Shown here: piece after piece, positions 1 to 7,916 of the stretch
Position numbering within the stretch: the stretch's first letter is position 1
Layout of the letters: each line of letters begins with the position of its first letter
NCBI GenBank assembly: GCA_040326155.1
Contig: JBEQLE010000063.1
Coordinates: 1 to 25,834 of the forward strand
Reading direction: 5' to 3'
Length of the DNA: 25,834 nt
Source: Leptospirales bacterium
GTDB lineage: Bacteria > Spirochaetota > Leptospiria > Turneriellales > JAOUFE01
Translations under genes and position numbers: made by a program
The notes under the pieces: model-generated
The model's input: only the letters and a program-made list of their open reading frames with translations
The model's database searches: none
What the model was told of the DNA's origin: nothing

Positions 1-1838
1 ATGTTTCTTTTATTATCTATGGCTGTTTTTTGTGGTCTAATCAATTCAATTTCTTTCAACAAGTTTTGATACTCAATGCCAACTTCCATTCCTTTTTTAC
101 CTTCCAGGGAAGGCAGCTCTTTGAACTTTTTTTCCAGGTTTGCTTCTTCTTTTTGAATGTTTACATCCAGTTCGGTAGTGAGGGCTTCGATCTCAGTTTT
201 AGCAATGTTGAATTTACTATTCCACTGTTCGAGCAAGGTTTCCGCATCTTTTTTGATCTGATCTAGACGCACCTTCAGCTTTTGTAGAAGATCTTTATGG
301 GGTAATTTTTCGATAGCCGCGTCGCTGAGAAAAACCGTATCGGGCAAACCTTCATACACTGAAGCAAAAGCCCGCTCGACTTGAAGAATCTCGTCTTCTA
401 GTATTCTATTTTTCAATCTTTTTTCGGTTTCCAGTAAGGGGAGGATACCTAATTTTCCTTCAATTGATTTAAATTGTTTAAGACTCTCTTCCAATTTTGG
501 CAATTTTGCCACTGCGTCCTCAATCGTCGCAGTTTCAGAAAGAGCGTCTGTTATTTTTTTCCGGTTTAGAGCTAATTTTATAATTATTTCCTGAATTCGG
601 TTCTCAATGTCATCACCGGCGATATCTATAAACCGCTTTAGAACTTTGCGTTGATTTTCTGGATTCCTGGTAATCTCATATATCTCATTTTGCCCAAATA
701 TTTCGATGTTGGGTAAAAGGTCACGCGGCGTAAAACTGGATATCTCATTGTTATCCTCTTTAATTGTTGCACTTTCACCATGGCGACGAGAAATCGTATA
801 CAATTTGCCATTCATTCGGGAAGATCGAATTAGTAGTTCAACCCGCCCTTTTGATTTACCCAGATTTTCGTTAATAATGGCATCGTGTTGCCTTTGAGCT
901 TCTACCCCAATTGGTTTTTGCTCCAATGCATAACGGATGCATTCAAGCAACGTCGACTTACCGGCGCCCCGACCGCCAATCACGGCATTCAGGTGTTCTG
1001 AAAATTCGATATTTAGACCGTCCAGGTAGCCGCCCGTAATTTTTATGTTTTCGATGCGGGAATAATATTTTTCAGATACTTCGCTATTGAGACGAACACG
1101 GGACTGGGGGTCTTGAAAGGCAAGCTTAAACGAGTCGAAGGTTGGTTTAGTCATTTTGATAAGACAAGAAGCTTTTGGATTCGCCAAGTCTTCTGGAATA
1201 GCCACATCTTTTGCATTGAGGATGGCAATTGGTATTTCTCTTTTGTATTCGGGCTCTTTATTCGAAAGAATTCGGTAGTGCCCGGTCGTATCTTCACCGT
1301 TTAATTCATCTAGCGTAGAAGGAATTTGCGCCGCCAGTAATAGAGGGTTTTGCCACACATGGTTCAATTTTTTTTGAATAATCCCGTTATCATGTATGCA
1401 ATGTGCCGCATAAGCAAAGCCACCTAGTTCCGCGACTTTTTCTAATAATTTCTCTCCGCCCAATGTTGAAGGCCATGTATCTTTGACAGGATTTGTTAAT
1501 TCCAGAGCCCCAAGGTATCGATTCAATGTATCTTTTGTTGTGTTTTCAGGGAATAGGCACACGAAGTGAACTTTTTCAGTGGTGGAGATCTCAAAACCGG
1601 GAAAAACTACGATGTCGCTTTCTCGCATGAGTTTTTGAATGGCTTCCACCCCATCCACATTGCCATGATTGGCAAGACCAATCACTTTGATGTCATTTTC
1701 CAGAGCGTGACGAAGCAGTTCGTTATTATACTGCTCTTCTGATAATCCGTGATTCGCACCACGATACGTAATGTAATCAAAGGTATTTACCTGAAGGGCA
1801 CATTTCCAGAAGCTGGCTTTTGTATATGGTTGGGTCAT
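1..1838 (-). CDS. PHP-domain + P-loop (SMC/AAA-like) ATPase, TrlF/Ppl-like; 3' end runs off the window
   Basis: Missing from the ORF track because it has no stop in the window. ATG at 1838 gives MTQPYTKASFWKCALQVN..IGLANHGN..VFPGFEI..HFVCLF..AAH (PHP-like). Walker A LNAVIGGRGAGKSTLLE is in frame (Lys codon at 959), followed by charged coiled-coil-like sequence. Confidence 0.8.
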   Translation of the reverse strand, partial: MTQPYTKASFWKCALQVNTFDYITYRGANHGLSEEQYNNELLRHALENDIKVIGLANHGNVDGVEAIQKLMRESDIVVFPGFEISTTEKVHFVCLFPENTTKDTLNRYLGALELTNPVKDTWPSTLGGEKLLEKVAELGGFAYAAHCIHDNGIIQKKLNHVWQNPLLLAAQIPSTLDELNGEDTTGHYRILSNKEPEYKREIPIAILNAKDVAIPEDLANPKASCLIKMTKPTFDSFKLAFQDPQSRVRLNSEVSEKYYSRIENIKITGGYLDGLNIEFSEHLNAVIGGRGAGKSTLLECIRYALEQKPIGVEAQRQHDAIINENLGKSKGRVELLIRSSRMNGKLYTISRRHGESATIKEDNNEISSFTPRDLLPNIEIFGQNEIYEITRNPENQRKVLKRFIDIAGDDIENRIQEIIIKLALNRKKITDALSETATIEDAVAKLPKLEESLKQFKSIEGKLGILPLLETEKRLKNRILEDEILQVERAFASVYEGLPDTVFLSDAAIEKLPHKDLLQKLKVRLDQIKKDAETLLEQWNSKFNIAKTEIEALTTELDVNIQKEEANLEKKFKELPSLEGKKGMEVGIEYQNLLKEIELIRPQKTAIDNKRN

Positions 1839-1879
1839 TTTTGAATTTCTACTTGTAGAGTATATTATCGGCAACTTTT

Positions 1880-3541
1880 TCAGGCAACCTCAATCTCTCC
1901 CGACAGTAATTTCGGCAACAGCGAGTCGCGGATTTGGGTGAGGGTTTGGTTTTGTTTATCATTTTCAAGTATATCTTCTAATATTGAGTCCGTTAGTTTT
2001 GAAAAAGCTAAAAGTATTTTTGTCTCAGGTGCTAGCAATGGAATCTTTGAAAAATGTCCTGTGTTAAGGTTTAAGGTTGCACTTCCCCCACTAGCGAGAT
2101 CATGTAGGAGAGAATTTATACCAATTAAACAAAAATATAAATATGCGGAATGCGCGAAATTACTCGGAACTATACTATTAATTTGTTGGTTTGTATGGCT
2201 ATATTCCGAAGCTATACAAACCAAGCCAACAGTTGCAATACAACTAATACATATACTTCCTTTTGGTATTTCTTTTTTCTTTTGAGTTTCTGTACCTTTT
2301 TGGCTTAAGGTATCATTCGTTTTTGTTATAAATACATTACCATGCATATCTGGGATTTTAATAAAAGGTATATTTCCATCATAGTTAGTTGAGTCATTTT
2401 TTGGAGGTGTTTTTCCACAAATTACATCGCCCCATTCCGCTATAGTTTTCCACGACCACCCCTTCGGTATCTCCCCCAGCTCAGACTCCACCATCTCATC
2501 CGGAAACAGCGCGGCGGTAGAGGCGAGTTCTTTGCGTTTGGCGGCAGGCATTTTGTCGATCTCGGCATCGTTTTTTCCGGCGATGACACGCATCGCAGCG
2601 CGTTCGGGGTCTTCGCCTTTTGCTTTGGCATCGATCTTGGCTTTGACCGGGTCGAAGTCGACGAACCACGACTTGAAGATCGCCTGCGCCATCTCTTCGA
2701 GGGTTTGGTTAATTTGGCGATTGAGTTGGATTTTGTCGTCTAATGATTTTAATATTTGAACTGTTTCTTTTTGTTTTTCAATTGGTGGCACCTGTATTGG
2801 AAAGTTTGGTAATTCTTTTAAAGCAATGCGATCAACGGTACTACCATGAATAGTTCGCGCCTTTATCAAACTCTGGAAACTAGGGCCTAAATACGCATAT
2901 AGTAAAAATTCAGGAACGATTTTTTTTTCATCGGGTCGTAGTAAGCCCATACGACGACCTAAACAACATTTTAGACCTTGTGGGATTATTGCTGCCTCAC
3001 CTAAACGTGTTTCATAAGAGAACACCACATCATTAACTTTAGGTGTTATTCGACGAGTCCATTGAATGAAGTCTTCTTCACTTACATGAGCGGATTGCGT
3101 TAAATCTAAACTACCTTGATTTAGGGATCCTATTCCCAAAAATATTGGCCCGCTTTGTATTTTCTTAGGCGTTGCATGTGGACCATCATAAACTTCTGCA
3201 ATACTACCGATTGTGGTCCAACCCATCCCCCTAGAAATCCCCCCCACCAACTCAACATGCTCCTTTTCAATGTTCTTCCGAAACTGCTCGGGCACCTCGT
3301 CCCAGATGTGAGTATCCACACGAAAAGGAAGCGAGCTTTCTTCAAAGGCTTCTTTCAATTGGGAAACTTGGGATGCTTGCGTCGGCGAGGGGAACACCAC
3401 AATATCAAGATCAGATTCGGGTTTGGATGTCCATTTGACACGCGAGCCGTAGGCCCAGACTTTGACGCCCGGTAAGTATTGCTTGAAGAGGTCTAATATA
3501 ATTTTGCGTTGTTGGGTAGTTATGTCGATGGAATCGGTCAT
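1880..3541 (-). CDS. hsdS: Fusion of a minimal nucleotidyltransferase (MNT antitoxin, aa 1-~100) with a type I RM specificity subunit
   Basis: N-terminus has GS-x10-DxD (GSRVKWTSKPESDLD) and LPFRVD. The C-terminal part has two TRDs and the conserved regions PPIEKQ..LDDKIQLNRQINQTLEEMAQAIFKSWFVDF, ELGEIPKGW and RDSLLPKLLSGEI. Confidence 0.9.
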   Translation of the reverse strand: MTDSIDITTQQRKIILDLFKQYLPGVKVWAYGSRVKWTSKPESDLDIVVFPSPTQASQVSQLKEAFEESSLPFRVDTHIWDEVPEQFRKNIEKEHVELVGGISRGMGWTTIGSIAEVYDGPHATPKKIQSGPIFLGIGSLNQGSLDLTQSAHVSEEDFIQWTRRITPKVNDVVFSYETRLGEAAIIPQGLKCCLGRRMGLLRPDEKKIVPEFLLYAYLGPSFQSLIKARTIHGSTVDRIALKELPNFPIQVPPIEKQKETVQILKSLDDKIQLNRQINQTLEEMAQAIFKSWFVDFDPVKAKIDAKAKGEDPERAAMRVIAGKNDAEIDKMPAAKRKELASTAALFPDEMVESELGEIPKGWSWKTIAEWGDVICGKTPPKNDSTNYDGNIPFIKIPDMHGNVFITKTNDTLSQKGTETQKKKEIPKGSICISCIATVGLVCIASEYSHTNQQINSIVPSNFAHSAYLYFCLIGINSLLHDLASGGSATLNLNTGHFSKIPLLAPETKILLAFSKLTDSILEDILENDKQNQTLTQIRDSLLPKLLSGEIEVA

Positions 3542-3954
3542 TCCCAGGTTTCCTTTGTCATGGTTTGATATAAACCAATAGCATCATCGATAAATGCACC
3601 CATAATTTCCAGGCAATCTTTGGCTTTTTCACCACTGTAATCATGCGCCGTGGCTACCCGGGTATCTGCGTATTTGAGCCACTCTTCTATATTAGAAGAA
3701 AGCAGTTTGTTTTCTGCGGCGATGCGAAATATCGGTTTTGGGCTGTTGGGCATATCGGGTATACCCATCTCTTCGATAAGATACCTTTTTAAAACCTTCC
3801 ACATGCAATCATAGGTTGTCTCGAACCGTTGAATTACCGATTCGGCTACAGCTTCTTGCATTAAAGCAGGTAAAGAGGGGTCAAGGTTTTGATAGTTTTC
3901 CTGTTGCAGCTCTAGGTGTTTTAAAGCTTTTTGAAATTTATCGTATTCGATCAT
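3538..3954 (-). CDS. HEPN-domain (HI0074-like nucleotidyltransferase substrate-binding) toxin
   Basis: IQRFETTYD..WKVLKRYL..SPKPIFR..W..Y..R, plus an R-x4-H-x-Y motif (RVATAHDY). ATGA overlaps with hsdM upstream and MNT-hsdS downstream. Confidence 0.88.
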   Translation of the reverse strand: MIEYDKFQKALKHLELQQENYQNLDPSLPALMQEAVAESVIQRFETTYDCMWKVLKRYLIEEMGIPDMPNSPKPIFRIAAENKLLSSNIEEWLKYADTRVATAHDYSGEKAKDCLEIMGAFIDDAIGLYQTMTKETWE

Positions 3955-5624
3955 ATATCATACCCCAGCCCCGATAGATTCTTTTTGATCTCTTTTTCGA
4001 GTTGGTCGCTCTCTTTAAACTGTGTTTTAAGCTGCGCGCTCAGACGATTCATTTTTTCGGCAAAAGGTTCGGTGTCTTCTTCTTCGGCTTCTGCCCCTAC
4101 GTAGCGGCCGGGGGTGAGTACGTAGTCATGTTGTTTGATTTCGTCAAGGGTGGCGTTTTTACAAAAACCTGGAATGTCGTTGTATTCTTTATAGCTCGAT
4201 TCGGTTTTCCAGTTATGAAACGTCGAAGTTATTTTTTCAATATCATCTTCGGTAAAGTCGCGTAGTACCCGGTCTTTCATATAACCGAGGTTACGGGCGT
4301 CGATAAAGAGCACCTCACCACTTCTATCGCGGTTTTCATTTTTGCCGTCGGGACCACGGCGGGGTTTTTTATTTTTAGTTAGAAACCAGATGCAGGCGGG
4401 TATCTGAGTGTTAGTAAAGAGCTGTCCGGGCAATGCGACCATACATTCGACCATGTCAGCTTCGAGCAGGTTTTTACGAATTTCGCCTTCACCTGAAGTG
4501 TTCGAGCTCATCGATCCATTGGCCAGAAGCAAGCCGAGACTTCCGTTGGGTGCAAGATGATAAAGCATATGTTGCAACCACGCAAAGTTTGCATTACCTG
4601 AGGGTGGCAGGCCGTGTTTCCAGCGGGGGTCGTCATCTTTAATTCCGGCGTTCCACTCTTTCATGTTGAACGGGGGGTTGGCCATCACAAAGTCGGCTCG
4701 CAAGTCGGGGTGTTTGTCGCTCGTAAATGTATTGCCCGGTTCGCCCCCGAAGTTAAAGTCGATCCCGCGAATTGCCATGTTCATTGCGGCGAGGCGCCAT
4801 GTTGTTGGGTTGGACTCCTGACCATAGACCGAGATGTTGCCAAGTTTGCCACCGTGCTCTTCGATGAATTTTTCAGACTGCACAAAGAACCCGCCCGAAC
4901 CCATAGCTGGGTCATAGACACGCCCTTTGTAGGGTTGCAGCATTTCTACAATGAGACCAACAATTGATTTAGGGGTGAAGTACTGCCCCCCTTTTTTGCC
5001 TTCGGCAAGAGCGAATTGGCCCAAAAAGTATTCATAGACATGACCCAGAATATCTTTTGATTTAAGCGATTCATGTTGAAACGGTATTTCAGATATTTTA
5101 TCGATCAGCGAACCCAGAATATTCGAATCAATTTGACGCCGTACATAATTTTTATCCAAAACATTCTTGAGCTTCTTTTCGTTTTCTTTTTCTATTTGTT
5201 CAAGCGCGTCATCGATGAGTTTGGCTATAGAACTGAACTTGTATTTGAACTTTTTGCCCTTTTTAATTTCAATTTCCGTGCCGGGGGCCACCTTGGCATA
5301 ATTCTTCAAATTCTCCCATCGGGCAAGAGCCGGTACCCAGAAAACGTTTTTTTCGAGGTAGAAATCTCGCATTTCAAGCTCTTCGGCGATCATGACATCT
5401 GTTTCTTTATCGGGTTCTCCCAAAAAGTAATCGTGCTTAGGGTCGGTGAAATTCTTCTTGAGTTCAACTCGGCGTTCTTCGAAAGAATCCGAGACGTATT
5501 TTAAAAAGATGAGCCCCAATACCACGTGTTTGTATTCCGCGGCATCAACATTGGCTCGCAGTTTATCGGCAGCGTTCCAGAGTTTTTTTTCAAGATCTTT
5601 TAGATATATTTGTTCGTTTTGCAT
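3951..5624 (-). CDS. hsdM: Type I RM N6-adenine methyltransferase subunit M
   Basis: LEKKLWNAADKLR N-terminus, GQYFTP, motif I DPAMGSGG and motif IV NPPF. ATG at 5624 preferred over the upstream GTG at 5651, which lies inside the shared upstream element. Confidence 0.95.
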   Translation of the reverse strand: MQNEQIYLKDLEKKLWNAADKLRANVDAAEYKHVVLGLIFLKYVSDSFEERRVELKKNFTDPKHDYFLGEPDKETDVMIAEELEMRDFYLEKNVFWVPALARWENLKNYAKVAPGTEIEIKKGKKFKYKFSSIAKLIDDALEQIEKENEKKLKNVLDKNYVRRQIDSNILGSLIDKISEIPFQHESLKSKDILGHVYEYFLGQFALAEGKKGGQYFTPKSIVGLIVEMLQPYKGRVYDPAMGSGGFFVQSEKFIEEHGGKLGNISVYGQESNPTTWRLAAMNMAIRGIDFNFGGEPGNTFTSDKHPDLRADFVMANPPFNMKEWNAGIKDDDPRWKHGLPPSGNANFAWLQHMLYHLAPNGSLGLLLANGSMSSNTSGEGEIRKNLLEADMVECMVALPGQLFTNTQIPACIWFLTKNKKPRRGPDGKNENRDRSGEVLFIDARNLGYMKDRVLRDFTEDDIEKITSTFHNWKTESSYKEYNDIPGFCKNATLDEIKQHDYVLTPGRYVGAEAEEEDTEPFAEKMNRLSAQLKTQFKESDQLEKEIKKNLSGLGYDI

Positions 5625-5630
5625 GTCTAG

Positions 5631-5712
5631 TGTTCTACAATCTACCCCCACAACCCGCCGTCAATCTGATTCCCGCAGTGAAAATGAACCAGACTCCCCT
5701 TCCCCCAACTCC
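5631..5712. repeat. Conserved upstream element, copy 1 (homologous to 24820-24904); probable promoter/leader of the RM operon
   Basis: Shares TGT(T/G)CTACAA, an identical 14-mer AACCCGCCGTCAAT (5652-5665 vs 24843-24856) and AAATGAAnCAGnCTnCC. The minus strand contains TTGACG. Confidence 0.65.
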
Positions 5713-5956
5713 AAATCACGATTTTTTTTTCTTAGCTTCTATCTCTGCTTTTTTCAACATTCTAATAATAATACCATAAAAATCCGGAACATAATATTTA
5801 CGATTCAAGCGACCTTTTGAACCATTAATTACGAATTCTCAATTATCAAATCGTAATTAATGTTGTCGGGCAGCTTGTAATCTAATTATGATATGTAACG
5901 TTTTTTGTGCGAATGTTATCTTTGCCTTGGGGGGTTAGGTTTATTGTTTGACCTTT

Positions 5957-6067
5957 TCAAATATTTGCTTTATACTTTGCATCATCTTTTTTCCAGACAT
6001 ATTCTCGTTGAAAGGCCGGTACAAATAATTGGTTTTCATCAATACGATCTAGTATTTGGTTTAACAC
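5957..6067 (-). pseudogene. 5' stub of a DUF262 (GmrSD/SspE-type ParB-like) gene
   Basis: Translates as VLNQILDRIDENQLFVPAFQREYVWKKDDAK then YKANI*. P-x-FQR-x-Y-x-W is the DUF262 N-terminal signature. GAGGG precedes the GTG. Confidence 0.7.
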
Positions 6068-6119
6068 AAAAATACCCTCATCGACTGTCACTCAAACATC
6101 CGAAACTAAGCCCTCCCCC

Positions 6120-6171
6120 ATTTTGTAACATCGATGTTACAAAATAGTATTTCTGTGTGGGGCTATTGCAA
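6120..6171 (-). promoter_or_regulatory. Putative sigma70 promoter (TTGCAA-N16-TACTAT) with a perfect 26-bp palindrome (operator-like) at the predicted +1
   Basis: -35 at 6166-6171 and -10 at 6144-6149 on the minus strand. Palindrome ATTTTGTAACATC|GATGTTACAAAAT at 6120-6145. Confidence 0.45.
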
Positions 6172-6409
6172 GCATCGGGGTAAAATCAATGCAGTTGACA
6201 AGAATTTAAATTAAGATATTTTAGCTTGCCTGTCAATGAAAAATTGTGTCTTTATTGATGAGTTATCAAGAGAAAATACGGAAAATCTCGCAAATTTTAT
6301 TTTAAATAGTTGGAAAGATTCCTTGATTAGAATGAAAGCTAAAAAAAGTACTTTACCGCTCAAACTTATTGATAAAATGATTTGAAAATATTACAAAACA
6401 GGAGAATTT

Positions 6410-6841
6410 ATGAAGTTTAAATTAATCACAATAGTCGGGCTTATTACTCTTTTATTTGCAACTTCCTGCAAAAAAAATAAATCCAACCCGGCTTTCTCAA
6501 AAGATGCGGAAGTTTTTATTATTTCCCCATCTGACGGTGAAACCCTTTCTAACCCAATTACAGTAAAATTTGGTGTTAAAGGAATCGAAATTGCACCGGC
6601 AGGTTCCGAAATAGCTCATTCGGGACACCATCATTTGTTTATTGATGTTACTGAAATGCCTGATATGAAAGTTGCACTGCCTGCAAATGATAACATTAAA
6701 CACTTTGGCAAAGGTCAAACGGAAACATCGATTGAGTTGGCTCCGGGAGAACATACACTGCAATTGGTAATGGGAGATAAAAATCATACTGCGCATGCTC
6801 CGCCGGTAATTTCAAAAAAAATAAAAATTACCGTTAAATAA
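6410..6841 (+). CDS. DUF4399-domain lipoprotein
   Basis: RBS AGGAG, lipobox FATSC, and the motifs GHHHLFID, HFGKGQTE and LAPGEHTLQLVMGD..H. Confidence 0.85.
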   Translation: MKFKLITIVGLITLLFATSCKKNKSNPAFSKDAEVFIISPSDGETLSNPITVKFGVKGIEIAPAGSEIAHSGHHHLFIDVTEMPDMKVALPANDNIKHFGKGQTETSIELAPGEHTLQLVMGDKNHTAHAPPVISKKIKITVK

Positions 6842-6949
6842 CTTTTCCAAACTATGAACGGTGCGAGTTTTTTATGAATTCTGAGTTGGGTTCCAACTTG
6901 TTCCGTTCAAAAAGCGTGGTTTTTGATGGCTGTCTTCGTGGTATTATAT

Positions 6950-7047
6950 TACATGAACGGGTATCTTGGTCGAATGTTTGATTTTTTTGAGATATAGCCG
7001 TCGCGGTTTTCGTCGGCCCGAATACCGACATAAGTGATGGCCTCGTC
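6950..7047 (-). pseudogene. Internal fragment of a second, diverged sspD allele
   Basis: 98 bp aligning without gaps to 8857-8954 with 10 mismatches. Encodes DEAITYVGIRADENRDGYISKKSNIRPRYPFM*. Confidence 0.88.
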
Positions 7048-7057
7048 GATTTCGGAT

Positions 7058-7179
7058 AGGGAAGAGTGTATGCTTTGGAGGGTGAAAGCTTTCCCCCTCG
7101 CTCTGGCCGCCAGGCGTCCGCCGCTACCCCCTACGTTTTCTAGTGAACATGGCTTCATGTTTGAAGTTTTTTGTGAGTT
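7058..7179 (+). repeat. Structured dispersed repeat, copy R1
   Basis: Core TTTGGAGGGTGAAAGC(T/C)TTCCCCCTCGCT..GGC-[variable]-CCGCCGCTACCCCCT..TAGTGAACATGGCTTCATGTTTGAAGTTTTTTGTG, shared with 8096-8164 and 13925-14078. Confidence 0.9.
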
Positions 7180-7254
7180 CTATTTTCGTCGCTAGAACCA
7201 ATCGCCTGAATAATGATGAATCAACTTTAAATTACACCATCGATATTTATTTGC

Positions 7255-7283
7255 TTGACCATTTGGGTAATTTGTATTACAAT
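7255..7283 (+). promoter_or_regulatory. sigma70 promoter of the RHH-PIN operon (TTGACC-N17-TACAAT) with an overlapping inverted repeat TTGTA-T-TACAA
   Basis: -35 at 7255-7260, -10 at 7278-7283, inverted repeat at 7272-7282. The ATG starts 7 nt after the -10. Confidence 0.65.
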
Positions 7284-7289
7284 GTAGGT

Positions 7290-7508
7290 ATGAGACAAGT
7301 GATTTCGATAAGTCTAGATGAGGAAACTAAAGAGAGACTGGACAACATTTCTCAGTCCCGGCACCTGAATAAAAGTTTTATCGTAAAAGAAGCATTGAGA
7401 AAGTACTTATTTCTTGAAGAGATGGAACTTACTAGAACAGAGCTTCGACCCTATGCTGAAAAACAAGGGTATGTTACGGACGAAGATATTTTTAAAAACA
7501 TCTCTTGA
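7290..7508 (+). CDS. Ribbon-helix-helix (CopG-like) antitoxin
   Basis: MRQVISISLDEETKERLD..S..NKSFIVKEALRKYL, and a C-terminal PYAEKQGYVTDEDIF. Start moved from 7143 (inside repeat R1) to the ATG at 7290. Confidence 0.85.
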   Translation: MRQVISISLDEETKERLDNISQSRHLNKSFIVKEALRKYLFLEEMELTRTELRPYAEKQGYVTDEDIFKNIS

Positions 7509-7912
7509 AAATCATATTAGACACAAATGTAATAATCTCGGCTTCAGTGTTCGGTGGACTGTCGGCGGATATTCTGAGTTATTGTTATGAGAGACATGAA
7601 GTGTACATTTCTGAATTTATCCTGGATGAGTTTCATAGAGTTTTAAAGGAAAAATTGAAAGTTCCTGACAATTTAATTGCATCAAAAATCATTTCATTTC
7701 AGAAAAATCTCAATTATGTCGTTCCAGATAATCCAATACCAGATCTGTGCTCTGATAAAGATGATAACCCTATTTGCCAATTAGCACTGTATGTTAATGC
7801 TGATTACATCATTACTGGTGATAAAGAATTTCAAAAAGTTAATAATATAGATTCTACCAGAATAATAAGTCCTCGGGAATTCTGGATACATAAAGATAAT
7901 CAAATACACTGA
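7505..7912 (+). CDS. PIN-domain toxin (VapC-like, TIGR00305-type)
   Basis: ILDTNVIIS, E, DKDDN and ADYIITGDK acidic PIN motifs. TTG start overlaps the antitoxin stop. Confidence 0.9.
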   Translation: MKIILDTNVIISASVFGGLSADILSYCYERHEVYISEFILDEFHRVLKEKLKVPDNLIASKIISFQKNLNYVVPDNPIPDLCSDKDDNPICQLALYVNADYIITGDKEFQKVNNIDSTRIISPREFWIHKDNQIH

Positions 7913-7916
7913 CCCC

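Noticed and set aside
5711..5820. Minus-strand peptide ..MLKKAEIEAKKKK resembling a thermonuclease C-terminus
   Set aside because: Too short and low-complexity, and it needs a frameshift to give the GIW-like end. Not supportable without a search.
7143..7289. N-terminal extension of the RHH ORF, and the ORFs 6949..7158 and 8097..8306
   Set aside because: These are open frames through repeat sequence, and a good promoter sits inside the RHH extension.
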